A DNA stretch of 60,411 bases from an uncultured Gammaproteobacteria bacterium (GCA_964572175.1 CAZNEH010000004.1:1-60411), one strand, 5' to 3'. Shown: positions 1 to 10,457, counted from the first letter of the stretch. Numbers and translations are program-made. The notes: a model not told the origin generated them from the sequence alone.

Positions 1-487
1 TTATGTAGCTGGTCAAAGCAATAGCACTTTAAACGGAGTTATTTATAAATCAGCTGATGGAGGAGAGAATTGGGACAAGTATTATACTGGCTTAATCCAA
101 GAAAGTTTTTACACCATGCTTTTCGACGGATTACTATGGGGTAATGACCGCGGACTTTTCGAAGGAAAAACTAGAGCTTCTTTAGCCGCTAGCGTTACTA
201 AATATAAAGTTAAGCAAGGAAATAAATCTACTTTTAAAGTCACCTTAAAAGATAAGGTTACCGGAGAAAAGTTAGCTAATAGAAATATTAAATTCTATAA
301 AAAAGTAGGCAAGAACGGAACTTACAAGTTGTACAAAACCAAAAAGACTAATGATAACGGGGTAACTAAAATTAAAGTAGCTATTAATAAAGTAACTAGG
401 TTTAAGGCTAAGTGGGTTCCTGGAGGAAATTCAGCTGAAGAATTTTACAAAGTCACTTCAAAAATTAGAAGAGTACGCCTAAAATAA
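1..487 (+). CDS. 5'-truncated secreted/surface protein with an Asp-box (BNR) repeat and a Lys-rich C-terminal Ig-like domain
   Basis: Frame is open from base 2: YVAGQSNSTLNGVIYKSADGGENW (SxDGGxxW Asp-box), continuing into ORF 116..487. Confidence 0.7.
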   Translation, partial: YVAGQSNSTLNGVIYKSADGGENWDKYYTGLIQESFYTMLFDGLLWGNDRGLFEGKTRASLAASVTKYKVKQGNKSTFKVTLKDKVTGEKLANRNIKFYKKVGKNGTYKLYKTKKTNDNGVTKIKVAINKVTRFKAKWVPGGNSAEEFYKVTSKIRRVRLK

Positions 488-500
488 AGCTCTAAAATAT

Positions 501-530
501 AAAAACACCTGGACTAACCGGGTGTTTTTT
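501..530 (+). terminator. Intrinsic terminator (possibly bidirectional)
   Basis: aaaaacacctgg-actaa-ccgggtgtttttt hairpin with T-run. Confidence 0.7.
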
Positions 531-565
531 GTTATGATAAATAAACAAAATTAATATTATTTATC

Positions 566-1288
566 ATGATTATTTCCCACAAACACAAGTTTATTTTCAC
601 CAAACCTAGAAAAGTAGCTGGCACCAGCGTTGAGGTTGCTTTGTCTAAATATTGCGGTGAAGACGACATTATTACTGAAAACGTTTCTTCTAAAGACATT
701 GACGAAACTAGCTATACAGATTACGCTCGCAATCACGAAGGCTATTTCAATCATATGCGGGCTGGTCGAATCAAAGAAAACATAGGGGATAAGATCTGGG
801 ATGAATACTTTGTTTTTACTATTGTTCGAAATCCTTGGGACATGCTAGTGTCTCGTTACTTTTGGAACATAAAAAATGCCACTCCTCGCAAAAGCCCTCT
901 TCAAGTATTGGGTGAAATAATTAAAAACCCATTAAACAAAGATTTATATGGAAAACTAATTAATTCTTTCCGCCGTAGAGAACTAAAACCAGGTGACGAC
1001 TTTAAAACATTTTGTTATAAAAAATTACCCCCAAATATTTCCAATACTAAATATTATTTCGACAAAAACGACAAGCCTTATAATAATTTTGTTATTCGTT
1101 ACGAAAATTTAGACCAAGACTACAAAACAGTTTGCGAAAAGATCGGCCTTCCTTACGAGCCTCTTCCATCTCTAAAAACCAAGACCAGAAAGAAAAGAGA
1201 TTACAAAGAAATGTATGATGACGAGCTTAGGGATTGGGTAGCTAAGAAATTTTCTAAAGAAATTGACCACTTTGGATATAAATTTTAA
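566..1288 (+). CDS. Sulfotransferase family 2 protein
   Basis: N-terminal 'IISHKHKFIF...KVAGTS' PAPS loop, 'FTIVRNPWD', 'IRYENL'. Confidence 0.8.
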   Translation: MIISHKHKFIFTKPRKVAGTSVEVALSKYCGEDDIITENVSSKDIDETSYTDYARNHEGYFNHMRAGRIKENIGDKIWDEYFVFTIVRNPWDMLVSRYFWNIKNATPRKSPLQVLGEIIKNPLNKDLYGKLINSFRRRELKPGDDFKTFCYKKLPPNISNTKYYFDKNDKPYNNFVIRYENLDQDYKTVCEKIGLPYEPLPSLKTKTRKKRDYKEMYDDELRDWVAKKFSKEIDHFGYKF

Positions 1289-1297
1289 AGCCAAATT

Positions 1298-1330
1298 AAA
1301 AAGACCCCAGCTTAGGCCGAGGTCTTTTTA
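1298..1330. terminator. Bidirectional terminator between convergent genes
   Basis: aaaaagacc...ggtcttttt inverted repeat. Confidence 0.65.
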
Positions 1331-1332
1331 AT

Positions 1333-2472
1333 TTATTTAGTGAATTGCATTAGAACACGGCTGCTGTTTAGTTTGCTGCCGCTGCTTTTAGTATACTTGG
1401 CTTTGTAGTAGTAATTTCCTTTTTTCTTTGGAACAAACTTGTGGTAAAAGTATCCGTTTTTGTTAGTAGTTACTTTTTTTACTAAGTTATACTTTGTTCC
1501 AGTCTTCTTTTTTCTATAAATTCTAACAGTTTGATTATTTTTACTATTCTTTAACCAGCCGTATATTTTAGCAGTTTTTCCCCTTTTTAAACTAGATTTT
1601 TTAGGAGTAAAACTAATAGGCAGTTTTTGTTTAGCTACTATGCTTTTAGTCACAGAAGTTGTCTTGCTGATTCCGCTAGTAGTAGTGTTTCCAGCTGTAA
1701 AAACAACATCAATTTCAATTAAAGCTCCGCCCTCGTCAGTTTCAGTAATAGAGGCAAAAACTTGGTCATCATCCATAAACACCGCCATGTCAGATGGGGT
1801 TAAGTCAATTCCTTCGTAATAGCTTAAAAGCTCAATTAAGGCCGGTGGAATGTAAAAATGAACAAATCCAGAAGTTCCAGATGCTCCAGTTAAAGTAAAG
1901 CCAAAAGCTGGGTTACCTGGAGCAGGGGGAACTAGCTCGTTTTCCATTACTGTAGAAGCTAAATAACTTCCAGCCATTTGTGATGGTGGGCCATCCTCGC
2001 CCTCGGCTACCGCAAATTCTATATTTATCCCAAAGGCTGGAACTTTAGTTCCGTCCTCGTCATAAAAAGGTCTTTTTATAAAAGGAATAGTTAAAGTTCC
2101 TTCTTCAGTAGTACTGTCGTAGCTATAAGACCATGAATTATCATAGTCAACATCACCGCCCATAACAAATACCATTACTGGTCCCTCCTCAGCATCGTCG
2201 CCAGTAATTGTAAATGTAACTTCATACTCAGTTCCACGAGATATTTTTTGGCAATTCTCCCAATCAGCTCCATCACACAGAATAAAGAAGTTTTCACCTT
2301 CAGCTCCTTCTGCCTCATCGCCTTTTTCTTGCTCCATAGCACTTGATGTGATATCGGTTAAGCCATTTGAATCAGTCAAGGTGACTGTGTTTGCCGCTCT
2401 AGCTGAAAACGGCACTAGAACGATTGCAAAAGCACTTAAAGCAATTGCCATCCCCATAAATTTTTTTAACAT
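1333..2472 (-). CDS. Secreted protein: acidic N-terminal domain plus Lys-rich C-terminal Ig-like domain
   Basis: Signal peptide (AxA site), D/E-rich body, basic tail resembling the C-terminus of gene 1..487. Confidence 0.65.
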   Translation of the reverse strand: MLKKFMGMAIALSAFAIVLVPFSARAANTVTLTDSNGLTDITSSAMEQEKGDEAEGAEGENFFILCDGADWENCQKISRGTEYEVTFTITGDDAEEGPVMVFVMGGDVDYDNSWSYSYDSTTEEGTLTIPFIKRPFYDEDGTKVPAFGINIEFAVAEGEDGPPSQMAGSYLASTVMENELVPPAPGNPAFGFTLTGASGTSGFVHFYIPPALIELLSYYEGIDLTPSDMAVFMDDDQVFASITETDEGGALIEIDVVFTAGNTTTSGISKTTSVTKSIVAKQKLPISFTPKKSSLKRGKTAKIYGWLKNSKNNQTVRIYRKKKTGTKYNLVKKVTTNKNGYFYHKFVPKKKGNYYYKAKYTKSSGSKLNSSRVLMQFTK

Positions 2473-2579
2473 AGCATTTTTGTTAATTTTTAAACTATAA
2501 ATATATTATAACACGCTAACTAGCTTAAAACCAAGTTTTTTGGTATTATTAAAGTAATAAATAATTAATTTATATCCGT

Positions 2580-2888
2580 ATGATTAAATTAGTTCCTCAA
2601 AAAAAATTAGGCCGCTGGACAGCTGGTTTATTTGGCGCTTCTATTTTAGCCGGGTTAATTTTTTATGCTTTTATTGCCTCTGGAGAAAGAGGGGGCATGG
2701 AATTTTTTGACAACCTTAAACTAGCCCTGGCTGGCTTAACTTGCGCTGGTTTAGCCATCGCCGGATTCTTTACTGGCCTAACCGCCATGATCAAAGAAAA
2801 AGACAGATCAGTCTTAACTATCCTGGCCACTTTAATCGGATTTTTAATGTTGCTTTGGGTGGGTGCTGAAATTATTTTTCCTCACTAA
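2580..2888 (+). CDS. Small three-TM membrane protein
   Basis: Three hydrophobic segments. Confidence 0.6.
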   Translation: MIKLVPQKKLGRWTAGLFGASILAGLIFYAFIASGERGGMEFFDNLKLALAGLTCAGLAIAGFFTGLTAMIKEKDRSVLTILATLIGFLMLLWVGAEIIFPH

Positions 2889-2893
2889 AAAAG

Positions 2894-4021
2894 ATGAACG
2901 TCCTATTTTTTATTTTAAGCCTCACTGTTTATTTTGGAATTCACGGATTTTTATATTTTTCTACTCTTTATTTCTTCCCTGTAACCGATCAATTGCAGAC
3001 TCTAATTTTAATTATTTATATCGCGCTATCTTTAAGTTTTATAATTTCTTTAATTTTATCTCGTTTTACAGATTTTTTTATAGTTAAGGCTTTGTACGTG
3101 GTTTCTGCTTTTTGGATGGGCTTAGCAGTCTTTTTATTTTTAATTTCCATTCCTGCCTGGGCCTTAGTTTTAATTATTCCTTCAGCTAAATTTATTATCG
3201 GTTTAACTGCATTTATTTTATCTTTAGTAATTTCTATTTATGGAGTTTATGGTGGATTACATTCTGTAGTTAAAAATATAGAAGTTAAAATAAAAAATTT
3301 ACCTACAGCCTGGCAAGGGAAGACAGTGGCTCATATTTCAGATTTGCATTTAGGAGATATTAATAGCGTTGTTTATGCTCGTCGGATTGTTAAACAGATT
3401 AATAAAATAAATCCTAAAGCTGTATTTATTACCGGTGATTTATTCGATGGTATTGGCAGTGATTTTTCTTTATACCTAGAAACTTTAAATAAGTTAGAGT
3501 GTCAAAATATTTATTATATTTTTGGTAATCACGAAATTTACTTAGGCAAAGAAAAATTAAAACAAGCTTTTAAAGATTCTAAAATAAAAATATTAGACAA
3601 TCAATTAGTTGAATTAGAAGATTTGCAAATTATTGGCCTCACTTATCCAAAATATAATTTTAATTTTGATAATTATCAGCCAGATAAAACAGTTATTTTA
3701 TTAAATCATGAGCCTGTTGGCTTAACCACTGAAAAAATTGATAAAAGCTCTTTAGAATGGCGTAGTTATTTTTCTCCTAATACAGATTTTTCTTTACAAA
3801 AAGAAAAGAAAATAAATTTACAGCTTTCTGGACACACTCACCAAGGCCAGTTTTTTCCTTTTGATTATTTAACCCAAAAAATATTTAAAGGCTATCATTA
3901 TGGCCTTTTCACTGAGGGTGATTTTAATTTATATGTTTCTTCTGGCGCCGGTACCTGGGGGCCACCCTTTAGAATTGCCAGTAAATCAGAGATTGTAGCT
4001 ATTACTTTAAAAATGGTATAA
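2894..4021 (+). CDS. Membrane-anchored metallophosphoesterase (YkuE-like)
   Basis: N-terminal TMs; SDLH, GD, GNHE, HEP, GHTH calcineurin-like motifs. Confidence 0.85.
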   Translation: MNVLFFILSLTVYFGIHGFLYFSTLYFFPVTDQLQTLILIIYIALSLSFIISLILSRFTDFFIVKALYVVSAFWMGLAVFLFLISIPAWALVLIIPSAKFIIGLTAFILSLVISIYGVYGGLHSVVKNIEVKIKNLPTAWQGKTVAHISDLHLGDINSVVYARRIVKQINKINPKAVFITGDLFDGIGSDFSLYLETLNKLECQNIYYIFGNHEIYLGKEKLKQAFKDSKIKILDNQLVELEDLQIIGLTYPKYNFNFDNYQPDKTVILLNHEPVGLTTEKIDKSSLEWRSYFSPNTDFSLQKEKKINLQLSGHTHQGQFFPFDYLTQKIFKGYHYGLFTEGDFNLYVSSGAGTWGPPFRIASKSEIVAITLKMV

Positions 4022-4044
4022 TACAAACAATTAATAAAAAAAAT

Positions 4045-4998
4045 ATGAAAAACAAAATTTTACTAGTTTTCCTAGCTGTTTCCTTTATTTTTACGGCCGC
4101 AGCTATTATTCCTGCTCCCGTTCAAGCTAAACCAGTTACCCAGGTAAAGTTGAAAAACCTAGACAGAAGCACTCGTTATCCCAAGAAAATTCAACTAACT
4201 TGGAAAAAGAATACCACTAATAAGAAAATCAATTTCCAACAAGTTAGAGTTTTAAAGAAAAAAGCTAATGGAAAATACAAAAAAATCAAAAGAGTTAAAA
4301 CCAAAAAAAACGTTAGAAAAAAATTAGTCACTAAATTAAGTTACGAAACCACTTATTATTTTAGAGGCAGGCATTGTCGAACAAAAACAAAGTGTGGCCC
4401 TTGGTCTAGCCGAGTTAAAGGTAAGACCAAAGTGAACCCAGACGCCGACGACGGTGATGACGATGCTGAAGATGGTGACGGCGACGGAGATGATGGAGAC
4501 GACGCTGATCCTGACCCTAGTCCAGATCCCGACCCAGATCCAACTCCAGCCCCAGAATTTACTATCTCCACCACTGCTTTTACTGACGGCGGAAACATTC
4601 CTGCAGCTTACACTTGCGATGGAGCCAACATTAGCCCAGGTCTAAGCTGGGAAAACGCTCCTGATGGAACTCAAAGTTTTGTTTTAATTGTTCGCGACAT
4701 CGACGCTCCTGGTGGAGACTTCTTTCACTGGGGAATTAAAGATATTTCTTCTAGCTCAACTGGTTTTGATGAAGATACCGCCGTTGCTGACGGTACTGAA
4801 GTAACTAATGATTTTTCAGAAGCTGATTGGGGAGGTCCTTGTCCACCAATTGCAGACGGAGCTCATACTTATCAATTTGAAATCTATGCGTTAAGCGTTC
4901 TTTCTATTTCCGGAAGCACGGTCTCTGAAATAGAAACTAATATGTCTTCTGATATTCTAGATTCAGATTATATTACCGGTGAATACGATCGTAATTAA
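4045..4998 (+). CDS. Secreted basic FN3-like domain + acidic linker + YbhB/YbcL (PEBP) domain
   Basis: Signal peptide; C-terminal 'YTCDGANISP.L.W', 'DIDAP', 'HW', 'GGPCPP', 'HTYQF' PEBP motifs. Confidence 0.8.
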   Translation: MKNKILLVFLAVSFIFTAAAIIPAPVQAKPVTQVKLKNLDRSTRYPKKIQLTWKKNTTNKKINFQQVRVLKKKANGKYKKIKRVKTKKNVRKKLVTKLSYETTYYFRGRHCRTKTKCGPWSSRVKGKTKVNPDADDGDDDAEDGDGDGDDGDDADPDPSPDPDPDPTPAPEFTISTTAFTDGGNIPAAYTCDGANISPGLSWENAPDGTQSFVLIVRDIDAPGGDFFHWGIKDISSSSTGFDEDTAVADGTEVTNDFSEADWGGPCPPIADGAHTYQFEIYALSVLSISGSTVSEIETNMSSDILDSDYITGEYDRN

Positions 4999-5009
4999 TA
5001 GCTAAATAT

Positions 5010-5915
5010 ATGAAAAAATTAATTTACATTGTAATTCTAATTGCTTTACTGGGTGTTATCGGTTGGTTTGCCTATGATAAATATTATTCCCCAGAAGAAG
5101 ACATTAATACCAACACTGTGGTAAATGAAAACTTAAATGCTATTCCTGAAGTAGACTTATTAACTTACACTAGTCAAAATGGATTTTCTTTTGACTATCC
5201 AACCGGCCACACTGTTAATGAAGTAACTGATCCAACCGTAGCCGGTGGCTATGTAGTTCATATTGTTCCTTATAATGTTCCTTTTCCAGCTATGCAGGTT
5301 ACTATTGGCCCAGTAGATACAACCTTTGCTTTATGGGAAGGAAAAGAATGGGAGTATTTTGATTATGTAAAAGATAGTTTTACCAGAGAAGAAACAAAAA
5401 AATATTCCGAGCTTACTCATGACGAAGCCATGGATTATATTTTAATGCCTTCTCAAAACGCGGTTATTGCCATGCGCGACAAAGACGCTGAAGATTTGAA
5501 CGAATTAATTCACCCAGAAAAAGGTTTGCGCTTTTCTCCTTACGCCTATGTAGACATTAATAATAATTTAGTTTTTAATGATCTAGATTTTACTTCAGAG
5601 AAAAAATATACTTGGGGTAATTACGATGGCAAAGGAGACGAGATCAGTCTTACCTTAAGCGAATACTGGGATCAGTTTGTTTACGACAAAGGATTTACTC
5701 ATGCTCAAAAAATTAGAAACAATGAAGTTGTGGGCACTGGAAATACCACTAACAATGTCTTTGAAGCTTATGACCAGGCTATTACAGTAGAGTATTACTA
5801 TCCTGGTACCAGCGAATACGACCAGATGGACTGGGCTAGCTTAATTATAAGTTTTGAAAAATATGAAGACGAGTGGTACTTAGTTGGAGTTACTCATAAT
5901 CAATGGACAATTTAA
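5010..5915 (+). CDS. Membrane-anchored extracytoplasmic hypothetical protein
   Basis: N-terminal TM anchor, 301-aa ORF in operon. Confidence 0.6.
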   Translation: MKKLIYIVILIALLGVIGWFAYDKYYSPEEDINTNTVVNENLNAIPEVDLLTYTSQNGFSFDYPTGHTVNEVTDPTVAGGYVVHIVPYNVPFPAMQVTIGPVDTTFALWEGKEWEYFDYVKDSFTREETKKYSELTHDEAMDYILMPSQNAVIAMRDKDAEDLNELIHPEKGLRFSPYAYVDINNNLVFNDLDFTSEKKYTWGNYDGKGDEISLTLSEYWDQFVYDKGFTHAQKIRNNEVVGTGNTTNNVFEAYDQAITVEYYYPGTSEYDQMDWASLIISFEKYEDEWYLVGVTHNQWTI

Positions 5916-5927
5916 TTTAAATCATAT

Positions 5928-6788
5928 ATGAACAACATTATTGAGGTAAAAGATCTCAAAAAACACTTTGGCAAGGTCAAAGCTGTAGACGGGATCTCGT
6001 TAGAAGTTCCAAAGGGGGAAATATTCGGGTTTTTAGGTCCAAACGGGGCTGGAAAAACCACCACTATTCGTTGTCTTATGAATTTTATTAATTCTACTGA
6101 AGGAGAAATTAAAATTCTAGGTAAACACAACGTTGATATCCGACATAAAATCGGCTACTTGTCTGGCCAAGTGCAGCTTTATGAAAAATGGACTGGTCAA
6201 ATGCATATCGACTTTTTAAGCCGCCTAAATGGCGATAAAAATATTGCCGCCAAGATAGCTAAACGCTTAGATTTTGATCCTCAAATGAAGACCAAAAAAC
6301 TTTCTTCTGGAAATCGGCAAAAGCTAGGTTTAATTTTAACTCTCATGCACGAACCAGAAGTTTTAATCATGGACGAACCCACTAATGCTTTAGACCCATT
6401 GCTTCAAAATGAGGTTTATAAAATGTTAGAAGAGGCTCAAGAGCGGGGAGCAACCACTTTTATGTCTTCTCATAACTTAAACGAAGTCGAACGTGTTTGC
6501 GATAGAGTTGGAGTTATTAAAAAGGGAAAAATAGTCGCCAAAGAAAGCGTTACTCATTTAAAAGAGAAAAAACTTTATTCTATTCGGGCTAACTTTAAGG
6601 AGATTATTGATCCTAAGGTTTTTGAAGCTGATGGAGTAAAAATTAAAGGTCAAACTGGCCACTCCGTAGAAATGAGCTTTAAGGGCGACATTAATAAATT
6701 CATTAATCATTTACAAGAATTTTCTTTAATTGATATTGAAATAGGTAGAGCCTCGCTAGAAGACATCTTTTTAGAATTTTACGAATAA
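5928..6788 (+). CDS. ABC-2 type transporter ATP-binding protein
   Basis: Walker A GPNGAGKTT, LSSG signature, Walker B IMDEP, SSH. Confidence 0.9.
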   Translation: MNNIIEVKDLKKHFGKVKAVDGISLEVPKGEIFGFLGPNGAGKTTTIRCLMNFINSTEGEIKILGKHNVDIRHKIGYLSGQVQLYEKWTGQMHIDFLSRLNGDKNIAAKIAKRLDFDPQMKTKKLSSGNRQKLGLILTLMHEPEVLIMDEPTNALDPLLQNEVYKMLEEAQERGATTFMSSHNLNEVERVCDRVGVIKKGKIVAKESVTHLKEKKLYSIRANFKEIIDPKVFEADGVKIKGQTGHSVEMSFKGDINKFINHLQEFSLIDIEIGRASLEDIFLEFYE

Positions 6789-6792
6789 ATAT

Positions 6793-7596
6793 ATGTTTAA
6801 TATCATTTGGCGATCATTAAAAGATCGAAAAATTTCCTTGGCTGTTTATGCCGCAGCTTCATCTTTATTTACTTGGATGTACATTGCCATGTATCCGTCC
6901 ATTTTAAAAGACGCCGCAACTTTTGAACAAGCTTTTGCTAATTACCCAACCGAGCTTTTTGAAGCTTTTGGCATTGAAGAGCTTTCTTTTGACACCATTG
7001 AAAAATTTTTAGCCTTAGAGCACTATAGTATTGTTTTTCCAATCATGCTTTTATTCCTTATGCTTTCTTTTGCCGGATCAGCTTTAGCCGGAGAAGTAGA
7101 CAAAGGAACTATTGAGCATATTTTAGCTAAACCTGTTTCTCGGTTAAAATTATTTTTCTCTCGTTACATCTCCGGACTCGTTACCCTTGCTACTTTTACT
7201 GGAATCTCTGTATTTATTGCTATTCCCTTGGCCATGCTTCATGACATTGATTATGTTGTAGAAGGATATGTTTACATCTTTTTACTAAGTATGTTATTTG
7301 GTTGGGCTGTCTTTAGTATCGGCTACATGTTTTCTGCCTTATTCTCAGACAAAGGAAGAGTATACATGTTTTCTGGTGGATTATTCTTATTAATGTATGT
7401 AGCTAATGTGGCCTCTGCTTTAATGGAAAAATTAGAAAACGTGCAATATCTTTCCTTCTTCTATTACTATGATTATAACAATGCCTTACAAGACGCAACT
7501 ATAGATTGGCTGCCCGCTGTTGTCTTTGCTGGAACTGCCATAATCTGTACCACTATTGGCGCAATCTATTATCATAAGCGAGATATCGCCGTATAA
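6793..7596 (+). CDS. ABC-2 type permease
   Basis: Multi-TM, 'GEVDKGTIE..LAKPVSR' motif, adjacent to ATPase. Confidence 0.85.
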   Translation: MFNIIWRSLKDRKISLAVYAAASSLFTWMYIAMYPSILKDAATFEQAFANYPTELFEAFGIEELSFDTIEKFLALEHYSIVFPIMLLFLMLSFAGSALAGEVDKGTIEHILAKPVSRLKLFFSRYISGLVTLATFTGISVFIAIPLAMLHDIDYVVEGYVYIFLLSMLFGWAVFSIGYMFSALFSDKGRVYMFSGGLFLLMYVANVASALMEKLENVQYLSFFYYYDYNNALQDATIDWLPAVVFAGTAIICTTIGAIYYHKRDIAV

Positions 7597-7600
7597 AAAT

Positions 7601-7912
7601 ATGAAAAAACCATACTTAATTGGGTTATTCCAATCATTGGGTGTAATTATTTATTGTGCCTTGTTAGCTTTGTTTTTTACAGCCATGGATTCTATCATGA
7701 CTAGCCAAGAGCAAGTTGTAGTCATGGCTATTATGTTAGTCATTTTTGTGTTCTCTGCCGCTGTTACTGGGCTAGCTGTCTTTGGTTATCCTGCTTATTT
7801 AGTTTTTAACAAAAAAGTAAAGCCTGCGTTACAAGTTCTAGGCTTTACTTTCTTATACTTCTTAGCCGCAATAATTATTACGGTTTTGATCTTAACTTGC
7901 TTGTCAGTCTAA
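7601..7912 (+). CDS. Small membrane protein
   Basis: ATG at 7601 (MKKPY) just after the permease stop; three TMs. Confidence 0.6.
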   Translation: MKKPYLIGLFQSLGVIIYCALLALFFTAMDSIMTSQEQVVVMAIMLVIFVFSAAVTGLAVFGYPAYLVFNKKVKPALQVLGFTFLYFLAAIIITVLILTCLSV

Positions 7913-8283
7913 GCCTTCCAAAGTCCGTGTAAGTTACAATAAGCTCTAATAACAGCCTTGTCGCTTATTTTACAAAGCATTACTTCTGGCCTGTCTCCAG
8001 GTTTTAGGTATTTTCTAATTACTTTTCCTTCAAAAATTTCTTCTACCCATTCAATGTAATGTTCTTCTGTCATTGGATGGTCTACTTCGCCAATTTTTAC
8101 TAATAACTTACCATCTTTTTCTTCTACCACAGGAACGTGTTTTTCTACAGCGGCGTCAACTGTATTTTCTTTTTGTAAATTCATTGGTTGGCCGCAGCAG
8201 ACTAATTCGCCAACTCCGGTGTGTAACACTTCTACTATATTCCCACACACTTCACACTTATATACTTCGTTTAATTTTGTCAT
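7909..8283 (-). CDS. dfx: Desulfoferrodoxin / superoxide reductase
   Basis: CEVCGN...CCG site, EKHVP, HPM..EHYIEW, CNLHGLW; start MTKLN at 8283. Confidence 0.9.
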   Translation of the reverse strand: MTKLNEVYKCEVCGNIVEVLHTGVGELVCCGQPMNLQKENTVDAAVEKHVPVVEEKDGKLLVKIGEVDHPMTEEHYIEWVEEIFEGKVIRKYLKPGDRPEVMLCKISDKAVIRAYCNLHGLWKA

Positions 8284-8284
8284 A

Positions 8285-8857
8285 TTAGTACTCTTCACAT
8301 TTTAATTGATAATATTTTTGTGGGTGTTTGCAAGAAGGGCATTCTTCAGGCGGTTGTTGACCCACGTGCGTATAACCACATTCTCGGCAAACCCATGTTT
8401 TTTCTTCATCTTTCTTAAATAAGGTCCCAGCTTCTAATTGGGCTAATAGCTTAGCGTATCTTTCTTCGTGGTGTTTTTCTGCCACTGCAATAGCTCGAAG
8501 TTGTTTAGCTACTTCTGGAAGACCTTCTTCATCGGCAGTATCTGCAAAACCAGGGTACATACTAGTGTGTTCGTAATTCTCACCAGCAATCGCTGCTTTT
8601 AAGTTTTCTTCAATAGTTCCCATTACAGTCGGTACCGGAGCTTCAGGCACGGTAATAGTTTCACCTGGTTTTAATTCTTGAATCATTTTCATTAGTTGCC
8701 AGGCATGTTCTTTTTCTTGTTCGGCAGTTTCCATGAATATAGCTGCGATTTGATCATAGTCTTCTTTACCAGCTAATTTACTATAAAAGTGATAGCGGTT
8801 TCGGGCTTGGCTCTCGCCAATAAAAGCAGCTCCTAAATTTTTTAATGTTTTTTCCAT
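8285..8857 (-). CDS. rbr: Rubrerythrin
   Basis: GESQARNRY, ExxH pairs, C-terminal CRECGY...CPSC rubredoxin site. Confidence 0.9.
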   Translation of the reverse strand: MEKTLKNLGAAFIGESQARNRYHFYSKLAGKEDYDQIAAIFMETAEQEKEHAWQLMKMIQELKPGETITVPEAPVPTVMGTIEENLKAAIAGENYEHTSMYPGFADTADEEGLPEVAKQLRAIAVAEKHHEERYAKLLAQLEAGTLFKKDEEKTWVCRECGYTHVGQQPPEECPSCKHPQKYYQLKCEEY

Positions 8858-8903
8858 AAATTAGAAAATTAATTATTAACTATTCTTATTATAACATATT
8901 TTT

Positions 8904-9959
8904 TTATCTTAAAATATAAGCAGAAGAAGGACCCTTGCCTATTTGTTTGATTATTTTTATATCCTTAAGTTTTTTTAAGTATAACTGAGCGCTTCTTTTA
9001 GAACAGTTTAAAACATCCACTACATCGCTACTAGTAATTTTTCCCATTTGATCAAGCCATTCTAAAATTTTTAACTGATCAGGATCTAAATATATTTGAG
9101 ACTCTATCTTATCATCAACTTTTTTAAATTCTAAAGAAAAAACTTTATTTCTAACTTGGCTGATTTCTGCTTCAAATCCTTCTACAAAATATTCTAACCA
9201 AGGATTAAAATCAACTTTTCTTTGTTCGTATTTTTTACCTAAATTTATAGCTTCATAATAAGCCGGACGATTTTTATTGTAGTAATCTTCTAAAGCAAAT
9301 AAGTGCCTAAAGTCATAGTCTCTTTTATAGAGAATTAAAGTAGCTAAAGCTCTCGCTGTTCTGCCATTTCCATCAGCAAAAGGATGAATGGCAGCTATTT
9401 CTTGATGGGCTATTCCCGCCATTAACACAGGACTCATTTTTTCTTTATTGCTTTGTTGAATCCATTTTATTAAATTTTGGCAAAGTTTTGGAATTTTTTT
9501 TGGTTTAGGACCCGTATAAACAATCTCCTGCGGTCGGCCAATCCGTCGCCTAACCACATGGACCATACCTTTACGATAGGCTCCAGATTGTTCTTTAGGT
9601 AAAGTTTTGGCTGTTACTAGTCTATGAATTTTTAATAAAACTTTTTCATTTATAACTTGTTTTTTTTGAACCACTTCCTCAATATAGCGCAAGGCTTTTA
9701 AATAATTTTGTACTTCATAGACATCACGCAGGGGAGCATCAACTTTTTGCTTACCTAAAACAGCCTCTACTTGTCTTAGGCTTAAAACATTACCTTCTAT
9801 TTGAGTAGAATTATGAGTCATTCTAATCAAGGCTTGGCGCTTAAGTTTTAATTCATTTTGCGGTAAAAGCTTAGCTTGGTCAATTGTTGCTCTAGCTTCA
9901 GAAATTAGACTCAAAAAATAGAGAATTTTATTATTTATTTGGTATTTTGGATTAAACAT
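8904..9959 (-). CDS. Fic family protein with C-terminal HTH
   Basis: HPFADGNGRTAR Fic motif, STQIEGN motif; likely start MFNPKY at 9959. Confidence 0.9.
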   Translation of the reverse strand: MFNPKYQINNKILYFLSLISEARATIDQAKLLPQNELKLKRQALIRMTHNSTQIEGNVLSLRQVEAVLGKQKVDAPLRDVYEVQNYLKALRYIEEVVQKKQVINEKVLLKIHRLVTAKTLPKEQSGAYRKGMVHVVRRRIGRPQEIVYTGPKPKKIPKLCQNLIKWIQQSNKEKMSPVLMAGIAHQEIAAIHPFADGNGRTARALATLILYKRDYDFRHLFALEDYYNKNRPAYYEAINLGKKYEQRKVDFNPWLEYFVEGFEAEISQVRNKVFSLEFKKVDDKIESQIYLDPDQLKILEWLDQMGKITSSDVVDVLNCSKRSAQLYLKKLKDIKIIKQIGKGPSSAYILR

Positions 9960-9988
9960 ATCTACTTTAATAATAGCATAAAATAAAT

Positions 9989-10009
9989 AATCGCGCAATA
10001 ATCGCGCAA
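9989..10009 (+). repeat. 21-bp direct repeat, left copy (AATCGCGCAATAATCGCGCAA)
   Basis: Identical copy at 11590-11610; a third ATCGCGCA unit at 10013-10020. Confidence 0.8.
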
Positions 10010-10027
10010 AATATCGCGCAATTAAAT

Positions 10028-10097
10028 AAAAAAAGCCCTCTTCCGCAGTTTACCTCGCCACAGCTTTAGCGGCGGCGGGTTCCCCGACGGAAGAGGT
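10028..10097 (-). terminator. GC-rich terminator hairpin of the 10119-10457 gene
   Basis: cctcttccg...cggaagagg stem followed by a T-run on the minus strand. Confidence 0.65.
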
Positions 10098-10118
10098 TGT
10101 TGGTTCTTGTTCTCCGAC

Positions 10119-10457
10119 TCAGATGAGCCAGCGAACGAACCGGACCAGCAGGTGCCAGGCGGTCCAGGTCTCTTCGTGCGAGATCCAGTAGGTGATGGCG
10201 CCGAGAACCAGCGAGGCGACGAAGGTGTAGAGGGGGATGTTTTCCCCGATGTTGTCGAGGAAGGCGCGCTTCAGGACTTGTCGCAGGGAGGGCCTAGCCT
10301 CCTTACGCAAGAAGGAGTAGGAGCTGCTGAAGTCGAGGAGCAGTCCGAGGCCAGAGAGGCAGAAGAGGATCAGAGAGATGACCCAGATCGTAGCCCCGCC
10401 GCAGAGCAGGAGTTCCTTGAGGTAGGGCCAGCAGAACAGGAAGGCATCAGTGAGCAT
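10119..10457 (-). CDS. GC-rich small membrane protein, unknown function
   Basis: ATG at 10457 preceded by GGAGG; C-ending codons; two hydrophobic segments; promoter TTGACT-17-TAAGGT on the minus strand near 10492-10520. Confidence 0.6.
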   Translation of the reverse strand: MLTDAFLFCWPYLKELLLCGGATIWVISLILFCLSGLGLLLDFSSSYSFLRKEARPSLRQVLKRAFLDNIGENIPLYTFVASLVLGAITYWISHEETWTAWHLLVRFVRWLI

